Source: Candidatus Micrarchaeota archaeon (lineage in GTDB: Archaea > Micrarchaeota > Micrarchaeia > Anstonellales > Bilamarchaeaceae). From it: a stretch of DNA of 14,190 nt. Position numbers and translations under genes: made by a program. Shown here piece after piece: positions 6,735 to 14,190 of the stretch. Under the pieces are notes generated by a model. The model did not search any database and was not told where the DNA came from. It saw only the letters and a list, made by a program, of their open reading frames with translations. Numbering within the stretch: position 1 is the first letter of the stretch; each line of letters begins with the position of its first letter. The stretch is from positions 1 to 14,190 of the forward strand of contig JBDRIM010000043.1 of NCBI GenBank assembly GCA_043816005.1, in the 5' to 3' direction.

Positions 6735-7925
6735 TTAGACTACTGTGCCCCATGCGGAAAGACGCCATCTTTGACCCATCTTCCTTGAAAGTGCAACGTG
6801 CATGTTTTTGTAAGCCACAGTTGGTTTCTTGAGTTTTATTGTTGCGATGCCCTTTGCAAGCTTCACAAGAAGACCAACGCTTGTAGATGTGTGAATGTTC
6901 ACTACGATAGGTTCGTTTTCTCTAAGAGGTATATTTTGAATATCAGAACGAGTGAGAAGAGCATATTTTACATTTATAGTATCAATTGGATCAGGAACTT
7001 CGCCTTTTCTACCGACCACAGAACCAACAAGTGAATCTGATTTTGTAAGAGATGGATCAAGAGTCGTAGCAACTGCGATAAGACCGCCAGCCTTTGCAAC
7101 TTCTAGGGATTCGGTTTCTTCCATCATACTTTTAACAGAACAGGTTATCGATATTGGTTTCCCACCATCTTTTTTAGTAATTCCTGGTTTTATCTCGATT
7201 TCATCTCCAAGTTTCAAAGCACCTTGAACAATAGAACCACCAAGTATGCCACCTTTAAGGTTTTTTATTTCAGTACCGGGTCTGTTTATGTCGAATGAAC
7301 GTGAGACATACATCCTCAATTGTGCGCTTTCATCATGTTTTGGTACTTCCATAACTTTGATGATTTCTCGTAATAAAATGTCAATATTAAGATTAGAATT
7401 TGCAGATATTGGTATTATAGGTGCATTTTCAGCAGTTGAACCTTTGAGAAATGATTTTATCTGCTTATGATGTTCTAATGCTTTTTCTTTTGATACAAGA
7501 TCTACTTTTGTCTGCACAATTATGATATTTTTTATACCTGTTGAATTCAGAACAAGAAGATGTTCAATTGTTTGTGGTTGTGGGCACGGCTCATTGGCAG
7601 CTATCAGAAATAATACACCATCGAGAATGCTTGTTGCTGCAATCACAATGGTCATTAACGTCTCATGGCCTGGAGCATCAACTATTGAAACCTTACGTGC
7701 TAGTTTGGTTGTTCCATTACAACTGCCACATTTGTCAGTAGTCATATAGAGATCGCACTTTGCACAGTGGAAGATACTAGAATCTGCATAACCAAGCCTG
7801 ATGGATATTCCACGCTTAAGTTCTTCGCTATGAGTGTCAGTCCATTTGCCAGTGATAGCTTTCGTTAGAGTAGTTTTACCATGGTCAACATGACCAAGCA
7901 TGCCTATGTTCATTTCAGCTTGCAT
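6735..7925 (-). CDS. eif2g: Translation initiation factor aIF2 gamma subunit
   Basis: NIGMLGHVDHGKTT P-loop, EELKRGISIRLGYA, CxxC...CxxC Zn ribbon, DAPGHE, CPQPQT, RSFDINRPG, RWRL. Confidence 0.98.
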   Translation of the reverse strand: MQAEMNIGMLGHVDHGKTTLTKAITGKWTDTHSEELKRGISIRLGYADSSIFHCAKCDLYMTTDKCGSCNGTTKLARKVSIVDAPGHETLMTIVIAATSILDGVLFLIAANEPCPQPQTIEHLLVLNSTGIKNIIIVQTKVDLVSKEKALEHHKQIKSFLKGSTAENAPIIPISANSNLNIDILLREIIKVMEVPKHDESAQLRMYVSRSFDINRPGTEIKNLKGGILGGSIVQGALKLGDEIEIKPGITKKDGGKPISITCSVKSMMEETESLEVAKAGGLIAVATTLDPSLTKSDSLVGSVVGRKGEVPDPIDTINVKYALLTRSDIQNIPLRENEPIVVNIHTSTSVGLLVKLAKGIATIKLKKPTVAYKNMHVALSRKMGQRWRLSAWGTVV

Positions 7926-8314
7926 TATTTCTTCTCCGGTTTATCTGTTTTTGGAAAGAGTTGTTCGAGTGGAGTTGCACCGGCAGTTGTTACCATAGTA
8001 TTTACTTGTGCAATTTCAGTAGAATAAGTATTTCCACGTGCATATTTCCTTCTTCTTTCACCATTACGGTGAGTTTTGAAGCCAACGCCCTTGGTGGTCA
8101 ATGTAAATTTCTTAGCTGGACCAGCGATTTCAACCTTCATTGGGAAACCACTTCCATCACTTCCGCCAGTAAATTTCAAAACATAGCCTGCGGCACCTAT
8201 AAGATTACCGTCAAGTTCATCGCCAATTTTCTTGCCAACAATATTAGCTTCTTTTTCCTTAGGAAGCTCAAACTGATAACTTTTTCCAGATTTTTCAGAT
8301 ATTACTACACGCAT
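7925..8314 (-). CDS. rps6e: 30S ribosomal protein S6e
   Basis: GKKIGDE, FTGGSDGSGFPM, GERRRKYARGN motifs; SD GGTGA; TAATG overlap with eif2g, a conserved archaeal gene pair. Confidence 0.97.
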   Translation of the reverse strand: MRVVISEKSGKSYQFELPKEKEANIVGKKIGDELDGNLIGAAGYVLKFTGGSDGSGFPMKVEIAGPAKKFTLTTKGVGFKTHRNGERRRKYARGNTYSTEIAQVNTMVTTAGATPLEQLFPKTDKPEKK

Positions 8315-8453
8315 TTTTTCACCTTTGTGTCAGTAGCTGTACAGAACCACTAGTTGGTTTTGAATAGCTGATCCCGACTTTAACTCGATTAAAACTAGAA
8401 CGAGTTGTATTCAATTTGGATGGGGTTAGTTTAAAAAATATGGGGATTTGGAC

Positions 8454-9209
8454 TTACCACGGGTCTTTCCAGAAATAATGGAAATATTTTAGGAAACTCT
8501 CTTTTATTTCCTCTGATTCCAGGACAAAGGCAAAAGATTGTTTGCTCCAAAGCACTTGAGCAACTTTATTACCAAATATAATAATCACCATTGGTGAGCA
8601 TAGTTGTTCCGGCAATTGGCAATATTTATAGAAATATTTTTTGTGTTTTTTGACATCATTAGGAGGAAAGTCTTCTAAAGAAGTTCCAAAATCAACCAAA
8701 TCATACATAAATCGTTTGTACCCCACTCGTTTCTCAGTCCATTTTTTGAACCATCTTTTCATATCAGGACCTGTTTGGGTTTCAACACCACTATTACCAC
8801 CGATCCAGTAGGTTGCAGGATAATCAAGTGCTTCTTCAAGCAATGTTCTCATTGCATTATTACCTCGATAAACTTCGGCACGGATTTTGGGTTTTGAAAG
8901 CGAGTATGCTTGTGATATACTTGGAAGCTTTGCCCTTAGTACTTCGAGAGCAGATTTTTGCTTATCAATCTCTTCTCCTATAATTTTCGGATTGGCACAT
9001 TGATAGGTCCTTTTTCCAGATTCTATAGTATAAGAAATGAGACCACGTTCGATTAGTTTATTTAGGATGTCGTAAATTGCACGCCGTTCAAAACCAGTTT
9101 TTTCATGGATTGCATTTAGACTGCCTGTTCCGAGTTCCAATATGGCAGAGTATACTTTAACCTGACCGCTACTTAGTCCAAGTTCCTTCAAATCCTCAAG
9201 ATCAAGCAT
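8454..9209 (-). CDS. TrmB-family helix-turn-helix transcriptional regulator
   Basis: N-terminal LKELGLSSGQVKVYSAILELG...IHEKTGFERRAIYDILNKLIERGLI wHTH; C-terminal IIIFGNKVA...ESEEIKESFLKYFHYFW effector domain. Confidence 0.9.
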   Translation of the reverse strand: MLDLEDLKELGLSSGQVKVYSAILELGTGSLNAIHEKTGFERRAIYDILNKLIERGLISYTIESGKRTYQCANPKIIGEEIDKQKSALEVLRAKLPSISQAYSLSKPKIRAEVYRGNNAMRTLLEEALDYPATYWIGGNSGVETQTGPDMKRWFKKWTEKRVGYKRFMYDLVDFGTSLEDFPPNDVKKHKKYFYKYCQLPEQLCSPMVIIIFGNKVAQVLWSKQSFAFVLESEEIKESFLKYFHYFWKDPW

Positions 9210-9235
9210 GTGTTTTCATCCCAGTATTTCTTATA

Positions 9236-9267
9236 TGGTATACTATTATACCACACTTATTTAAATA
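9236..9267. promoter_or_regulatory. Inverted-repeat operator TGGTATA-N4-TATACCA next to a palindromic TATA box TATTTAAATA
   Basis: Perfect 7-bp inverted repeat at 9236-9253 and TATA at 9258-9267, in the 114-nt divergent gap between the TrmB-like gene and the radical SAM gene. Confidence 0.6.
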
Positions 9268-9323
9268 CTAGTTTTGAGCGTCCATAGTTAACAATAAAAA
9301 ACAACAGAAACGAAGGTGATATT

Positions 9324-10241
9324 ATGATTGTTCAGCCCCAAAAACTCCCGAAAGTAACGTATTTCGAAACCTGCCCTACAAGAGTAAATGGGCAAGAATC
9401 GAAAAGAGCCCTAGTAGTTCTGAATTCACACAGACCCTGTAGTTATGCTTTGAGATCTAAACCCCCAAAGCCATGTAAGTTTTGCGCATTCTGGAAAGGG
9501 AGCCCCGCAGTAGACGGTGAACCATTCGAAACAATAATATCAAAGGCAGCACAAAATGGAGCTAAGAGAATTGAACTTCTACCTGGAGGTTCCATGCTAG
9601 ACCAGAAACAGATACGGACAGAAGAATTGAGATCCATGCTGGATTTGTTATCCAAGCTTTCCATCGAAAGTGTGTTTATTCCATCAAGACCAGAATTTGT
9701 TGACGATCGTCTTGTGGAGTTCGTAAAAATACTTGGACAAGTAAAACTTGAAATCGGTCTTGGTCTGGAAACCTTTGATGATTCGTTAAGAGAAAGTTTA
9801 GGAAAAGGATTTACAACCGCAGATTATCTTGCTGCAGTGGAGCGAATTGTAAATGTTGGAGCCATCCCAGTGACATTTATCCTAACTGGGTTGGAGATGA
9901 GCAGGGAAAACGCAATGACTGATTTGATGGAAACCGGCCGCAGATTAGGTATACTCCAAAAACAATATGGCATTCCCCTTCGCATAGCTTTGGAACCTTA
10001 CTTCAAAACTAAATCCACTAGCGTGACTGCAGGAGCATATATGTCACCTGAGTTCATTGCAGAAGCAGTAATTTCTTTAGTAAAAGATTTTGGGTTAGAG
10101 GTTTTTGTAGCCACTTCCGGAGAAGGACATTCAACACACCCACTTGAATCAGTAAAAGCACAGATCGAACAGTTCAACTTGACACAGAAGATTGAGGTTT
10201 TGGTTTCGCTTTTAGACCGATCTATGAGAGGTAACGGGTGA
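9324..10241 (+). CDS. Radical SAM protein, RaSEA/TIGR01210-like, with an atypical CX11CX2C motif
   Basis: C-SYALRSKPPKP-C-KF-C; GGSMLD, SRPEFV and EIGLGLETFDDSLR...KGFT motifs resemble the archaeosine-pathway radical SAM family; SD AAGGTGA upstream. Confidence 0.8.
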   Translation: MIVQPQKLPKVTYFETCPTRVNGQESKRALVVLNSHRPCSYALRSKPPKPCKFCAFWKGSPAVDGEPFETIISKAAQNGAKRIELLPGGSMLDQKQIRTEELRSMLDLLSKLSIESVFIPSRPEFVDDRLVEFVKILGQVKLEIGLGLETFDDSLRESLGKGFTTADYLAAVERIVNVGAIPVTFILTGLEMSRENAMTDLMETGRRLGILQKQYGIPLRIALEPYFKTKSTSVTAGAYMSPEFIAEAVISLVKDFGLEVFVATSGEGHSTHPLESVKAQIEQFNLTQKIEVLVSLLDRSMRGNG

Positions 10242-10245
10242 AAAA

Positions 10246-11997
10246 ATGACTAAACCGATTTACATTTTGGGGATTAATTCAGCTTACCATGAATCAGCCG
10301 CATGCGTTCTGGTAGATGGAAAGTTGATTGCTGCAGTTGAAGAAGAAAGATTTAACAGGATAAAACACACAAAACCAGCTAAAGTAGATAATTCAAATCA
10401 GCTGCCATGGGATGCGATAAACTACTGTTTGAAAGAAGCAGGAATTACACTAAAAGACGTAGAGTACCTAGGTTATTCCTTAAATCCCAGAGAGCGCCTG
10501 GAAAAGAATACTGCGCATGTTCACCCTTATCAAGTCACTCCAGGTGATTTTGGTACAAAGGAAGGCGAGGAATTATTTTACCAAAAGAACTTGGAGGTAG
10601 AAGGATTGTTGAGAAACGCAGGTTTTGAAGGTAAATTCCATTTCCTGGGACACCATGATTGCCATGCAGCAAGTGCGTTTTTTGTTTCGCCATTTGACAA
10701 GGCAGGGATCCTTGTAATCGATGGTATTGGCGAGTTTGAATCAACAACCATTTACTCTGGGCAAGGAAATAAAATTGAGAAAAAATTCTGCATGGATTAC
10801 TCGAATTCTTTGGGTTTTCTCTGGGAAAAAATCTCCACATTCCTAGGGTTCGACGGATATGATGCAGCAAAAGTTATGGGTCTTTCAACTTATGGTGATC
10901 CTGTGAGATACCGGAAAGAATTCAAAATGCTTGTTAAGACCGGAGAAAAGTTTGAAACCAACGATGCATTACTTAGATTCAGAACTGATGATCATTCGGC
11001 ATTAGAGGAATTATTCAGACTAAAGAAAAGAAACGAGCCAATAAAGGGAATAGATTTGGATACAAAGGACTATGCAGACGTAGCTGCAACACTTCAGGAG
11101 GTAACAGAAGAGATAATTTTTGCACTTGCCTCGAAAACAAGAAGACTTGGGGGTGATAGGTTGTGCATGGCCGGCGGTGTAGCACTGAACTGTCTTGCAA
11201 ATGGCAAACTTATCCAACAGCAACTATTCGAGGACATTTTTATTCAACCTGCTGCAAATGATGCAGGTACTGCAATAGGTGGTGCATTCTTCATATGGAA
11301 CCAAATACTTGGAAAGCCACGTAATTATGTATTCGAAAGTCCTTATCTTGGACCTGCATTCGACGATGATGAGATAAAACAGGTATTAGATAAAAATAGT
11401 CTAAAATATTCCATAGAAAAGTTTATCGAGCAGGGAACTGCCAAATTGATTGCTGAAGGAAACATAGTTGCATGGTTCCAGGGCAAGTTAGAAATTGGAC
11501 CACGTGCACTTGGCAACAGAAGCATACTCGCAGACCCACGCAAACGAGAAAGTGTTTCAGAACTTAATGCCAAAGTAAAGTTTAGGGAACCATTCAGACC
11601 ACTTTGTCCAAGTGTTCTGGAAGAAGAGTTTGACAAACTGTTTGTAGTAGGCGATAGATTATTTAGTCCTGCAAAATATATGCTTGCAACCTATAATGTA
11701 ATTCCAGAAAAACGAAGCACCATCCCAGCGGTTGTCCACATCGATGGTACATCTAGAATACAACTAGTGAGCAAAAAAACAAACCCACGATATCACAAGC
11801 TTATAACTGAGTTTTACAAACTCACAGGAGTACCGATTGTGCTTAACACATCATTTAATTCAAGAGAACCGATTGTATGCAGTCCTGCTGACGCAGTTAA
11901 AACATTTCTTTCGACAAAAATAGATTATCTGGCAATAGGAGATTTTTTGGTTTCGAAAGAAGAGAATAGAAACAAACGTAATCTCGAAATAAAATAA
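10246..11997 (+). CDS. Carbamoyltransferase, NodU/CmcH/TobZ family
   Basis: ILGIN..HESAA, EEERFNRIKH, HHxxHAASAFF, IDGIGE, KVMGLS.YG, AGGVALNC, PAANDAGTAIG, GPRALGNRSIL, KFREPFRP, VVHIDGTSRIQ, LNTSFN. It starts 4 nt after the radical SAM stop. Confidence 0.96.
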   Translation: MTKPIYILGINSAYHESAACVLVDGKLIAAVEEERFNRIKHTKPAKVDNSNQLPWDAINYCLKEAGITLKDVEYLGYSLNPRERLEKNTAHVHPYQVTPGDFGTKEGEELFYQKNLEVEGLLRNAGFEGKFHFLGHHDCHAASAFFVSPFDKAGILVIDGIGEFESTTIYSGQGNKIEKKFCMDYSNSLGFLWEKISTFLGFDGYDAAKVMGLSTYGDPVRYRKEFKMLVKTGEKFETNDALLRFRTDDHSALEELFRLKKRNEPIKGIDLDTKDYADVAATLQEVTEEIIFALASKTRRLGGDRLCMAGGVALNCLANGKLIQQQLFEDIFIQPAANDAGTAIGGAFFIWNQILGKPRNYVFESPYLGPAFDDDEIKQVLDKNSLKYSIEKFIEQGTAKLIAEGNIVAWFQGKLEIGPRALGNRSILADPRKRESVSELNAKVKFREPFRPLCPSVLEEEFDKLFVVGDRLFSPAKYMLATYNVIPEKRSTIPAVVHIDGTSRIQLVSKKTNPRYHKLITEFYKLTGVPIVLNTSFNSREPIVCSPADAVKTFLSTKIDYLAIGDFLVSKEENRNKRNLEIK

Positions 11998-12012
11998 AAA
12001 GAAAATAAAAAA
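11996..12012 (-). terminator. Oligo-T terminator candidate for the CC1-like gene
   Basis: Minus strand TTTTTTATTTTCTTTTT a few nt after the 12021 stop codon. Confidence 0.4.
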
Positions 12013-12020
12013 GGATGAAA

Positions 12021-12236
12021 TTAGGAGTTCTTCAACTTTGCCTTGTAGACATAGCCGTCCTTACCAAGGTAGTACATAAATCCTTTTTCCTTGGAAATCT
12101 TTTCACCGCCTACTTTTTTCTTTCTTCCTCTCTTGTTGTGTTTCATTGGGGCTGCCCAAACGAAACCGTCCTTACCAACAAAATACAGATATCCATCCTC
12201 TCTCGATATTTTTTCAGATCCAATTTTTGTTCCCAT
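12021..12236 (-). CDS. Small basic CC1-like chromatin/DNA-binding protein with an internal tandem repeat
   Basis: 71 aa, Lys/Gly-rich. Two copies of K-x-G-x-EKIS-x-E-x-G-(Y/F)-x-Y-xx-GKDG-x-V resemble crenarchaeal chromatin protein CC1. SD GGTGA at 12241-12245. Confidence 0.75.
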   Translation of the reverse strand: MGTKIGSEKISREDGYLYFVGKDGFVWAAPMKHNKRGRKKKVGGEKISKEKGFMYYLGKDGYVYKAKLKNS

Positions 12237-12373
12237 TTCGTCACCTTATAAGCCCCCACACGGGAGCGATAAATAACTTCTATGACGTCTACTGAGAGAG
12301 ATTTTATAAAGCTATCTTCTGTAACACGTCGAAAATGATAGCTTTTAAAGGCAGCGCAGTAAAATAGGGGCTC

Positions 12374-12634
12374 ATGCTTGCAATTTTCGCTCGACCAAAG
12401 CCATGTAGGATCATGTTGACACTTCGTGATAGCGAAAGCAGTTGGCATTTATCAAAACTAGCTAAGAATACTGACACTACTTATGTGTACGTCACAAAAC
12501 TAATGACGCTATTACAAAAAAACGGGGTTGTGTTGATAGAAGCTAAGGGAAAAAAGAGAATAGTAAAGCTCACAGAAAAAGGAATGAAAATAGCAAATAC
12601 AATTGATGAGTTAAGGAACTATTTAGAAGACTAA
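12374..12634 (+). CDS. Winged helix-turn-helix DNA-binding protein (MarR-like)
   Basis: LSKLAKNTDTTYVYVTKLMTLLQKNGVV...GKKRIVKLTEKG; TATA-like TTTTAAA about 25 nt upstream, suggesting a leaderless transcript. Confidence 0.85.
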   Translation: MLAIFARPKPCRIMLTLRDSESSWHLSKLAKNTDTTYVYVTKLMTLLQKNGVVLIEAKGKKRIVKLTEKGMKIANTIDELRNYLED

Positions 12635-13059
12635 ACAGCACGAATAGATACATTTTTCTTGACGTAGCTAAGCACCTTATCATAACTGATGTAGTGAGCA
12701 AATACTGAAACTTCAATAGCATATGTCCCTTGTTTAGTCTGACTATTCGACCATAATGTAATGTTGATTTCTTTCGTATCGCCAGGTTGAAGTTCACCTA
12801 CCCTTTTTTCTGCTGCTTTGTTTATGCATGCAGGATCGAAACCGAGCATTGCATCTTTTGGAAGAAGAGCATCAACTGAAACAAGTTGAGGGGAACTTGA
12901 CGTATTTTTCACCTTAACAACAAGGTCAACTGAACTTTTATTGTGTGCGGAAAGACGAAGAGGTACAAATGAAATTGATGTATTGAAAGGATTTGAAGTA
13001 GGTTTTGCTACTGGTTCATATGATTTATCATTTCCGAGAATTGAGTCTAAAAATCCCAT
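12631..13059 (-). CDS. Hypothetical protein, probable Ig-like beta-sandwich
   Basis: LVVKVKNTSS...VGELQPGDTKEINITL...GTYAIEVSV pattern typical of CARDB/Ig-like folds; SD GGTGA upstream. Confidence 0.75.
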   Translation of the reverse strand: MGFLDSILGNDKSYEPVAKPTSNPFNTSISFVPLRLSAHNKSSVDLVVKVKNTSSSPQLVSVDALLPKDAMLGFDPACINKAAEKRVGELQPGDTKEINITLWSNSQTKQGTYAIEVSVFAHYISYDKVLSYVKKNVSIRAV

Positions 13060-13102
13060 AGTATCACCAATGTATCATTCTTATAGCACATAGTTATTAA
13101 TA

Positions 13103-13660
13103 TTATAATATTAAGACCGCAGCAGCTATCACAGAAGTCCAATTACCATTTTTATCACAAACTGCAGATTGTGTAACATTAGTTGTGCGAACGATCTGTC
13201 TGCTCATCTTAAAATATTGTTCTCTCTCATTCCATGCTTTTTCAGAATCAAATTCAATACCTAGTGTTGATGCAAGCATTGACGCTGCAAGATCTTCTGC
13301 ATAGTCGCCAGTTTTTTCTTCTGTCTGTCCATATGAATGATGTTCACTAAGATAACCATAAAGATTTTTCTTTGCAGGAATTGCACAACCAACTGATGCA
13401 GATAGCAAACGATTTGGTTCGTTAGTAGAGATACGTGACATAACAACAAACACAACCTGTCCTGGTTTCAGAAATTTGAGCCCCTCTTTCCGAGAGACAA
13501 TTTTTGCCTGTGGTGGAAAAATGCTCGAAACCGTGACAAGATTGTATGGTGCAATACCAGCATCACGCAATGCGAATTCGAAAGATGTAAGATACTCAGT
13601 ACTTTTTCCAACTCCTTTAGTAAAGAAAATTTTTTTAGGTACAAAATCCATAGTTAGCAT
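13103..13660 (-). CDS. pdaD: Pyruvoyl-dependent arginine decarboxylase
   Basis: [37 protein letters not shown] (Ser-Ser autocleavage site), [16 protein letters not shown]. The start may be 13651. Confidence 0.93.
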   Translation of the reverse strand: MLTMDFVPKKIFFTKGVGKSTEYLTSFEFALRDAGIAPYNLVTVSSIFPPQAKIVSRKEGLKFLKPGQVVFVVMSRISTNEPNRLLSASVGCAIPAKKNLYGYLSEHHSYGQTEEKTGDYAEDLAASMLASTLGIEFDSEKAWNEREQYFKMSRQIVRTTNVTQSAVCDKNGNWTSVIAAAVLIL

Positions 13661-13716
13661 TCATGATTACATTTAATAATGGTTATTTCCTAGAGTTTAT
13701 GGTTATTGGTGATTAG

Positions 13717-14190
13717 ATGGAATATCAAAGAATAGTACTTATGATAGTTGCAATATTGGTTATAGTGGCAGTTTATCTTGCAATAACAACAGAGAAACCA
13801 GTAGTACCTGTTGTTGATACGAAACCAGTAGAGGGCTTGCTCATCAAAGGAATTATGTTTGGAAAAGGAGAAAGTAACTACGTATTAGAATATACTAAAA
13901 TTTCAGATGGATATGCAACAGGATATGTTGTAGAAAAAAATGGAGCGAATGGAAGTATTGTAATAGAAAATCCACTATCCATCAAAAAGGCTTATTTCCT
14001 TACTAATGATACAATATTGTGCATCAGATATCCACTCACTAATAATGAAAGTTGTGATTCAGTAAAAGGAGAAACAGAACTGGATAATTATATGAATTCG
14101 ATTTCAACTGAATTCTTAAACGACAATAGAATGGAATTGAACAAAAATGACATAATTTACTTGGTTGCAAACAACTATCTTGAACTTGAT
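13717..14190 (+). CDS. Membrane-anchored hypothetical protein (partial; runs off the window edge)
   Basis: Not in the ORF track. SD GGTGA at 13708-13712, ATG 13717, open to the end: MEYQRIVLMIVAILVIVAVYLAITTEKPVVPVVDTKPVEG...; N-terminal TM helix. Confidence 0.85.
   Translation, partial: MEYQRIVLMIVAILVIVAVYLAITTEKPVVPVVDTKPVEGLLIKGIMFGKGESNYVLEYTKISDGYATGYVVEKNGANGSIVIENPLSIKKAYFLTNDTILCIRYPLTNNESCDSVKGETELDNYMNSISTEFLNDNRMELNKNDIIYLVANNYLELD

Noticed and set aside
10246..13660. Functional link between pdaD (agmatine) and the carbamoyltransferase/radical SAM operon
   Set aside because: They are on opposite strands and separated by three unrelated genes. pdaD is explained by ordinary agmatine/agmatidine and polyamine needs.
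910..13676. Remaining short antisense or overlapping ORFs in the track (e.g. 910-1233, 1285-1698, 5669-5995, 6798-7749, 7961-8353, 10535-11636, 12015-12448, 13261-13676)
   Set aside because: They are shadow frames of well-supported genes and have no independent signals.

Overview
AT-rich archaeal chromosome segment. The evidence is aIF2-gamma with rps6e, a pyruvoyl arginine decarboxylase, GGTGA Shine-Dalgarno motifs, TATA boxes and an intron-containing tRNA without encoded CCA. The gene style suggests a DPANN lineage such as Micrarchaeota, which is inference. From left to right it holds: a partial lipoprotein-like gene with DGG/DAG motifs; a YdbS/YdbT-like bPH_2 membrane pair; a large beta-helix surface protein; a ~660-nt hairpin-packed non-coding locus built around tRNA-Ser(GCT) with a 132-nt intron; a DUF1444-like protein; eif2g-rps6e; a TrmB-type regulator divergent from a RaSEA-like radical SAM plus NodU/TobZ carbamoyltransferase operon; a CC1-like chromatin protein; a wHTH protein; an Ig-like protein; pdaD; and a partial membrane-anchored protein. 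The most unusual element is 5022-5685. There the last 11 nt of the tRNA recur three more times downstream, in ~95-105-nt units that keep a conserved scaffold but carry unrelated, perfectly paired hairpin inserts. The intron and the leader are built from similar hairpins.
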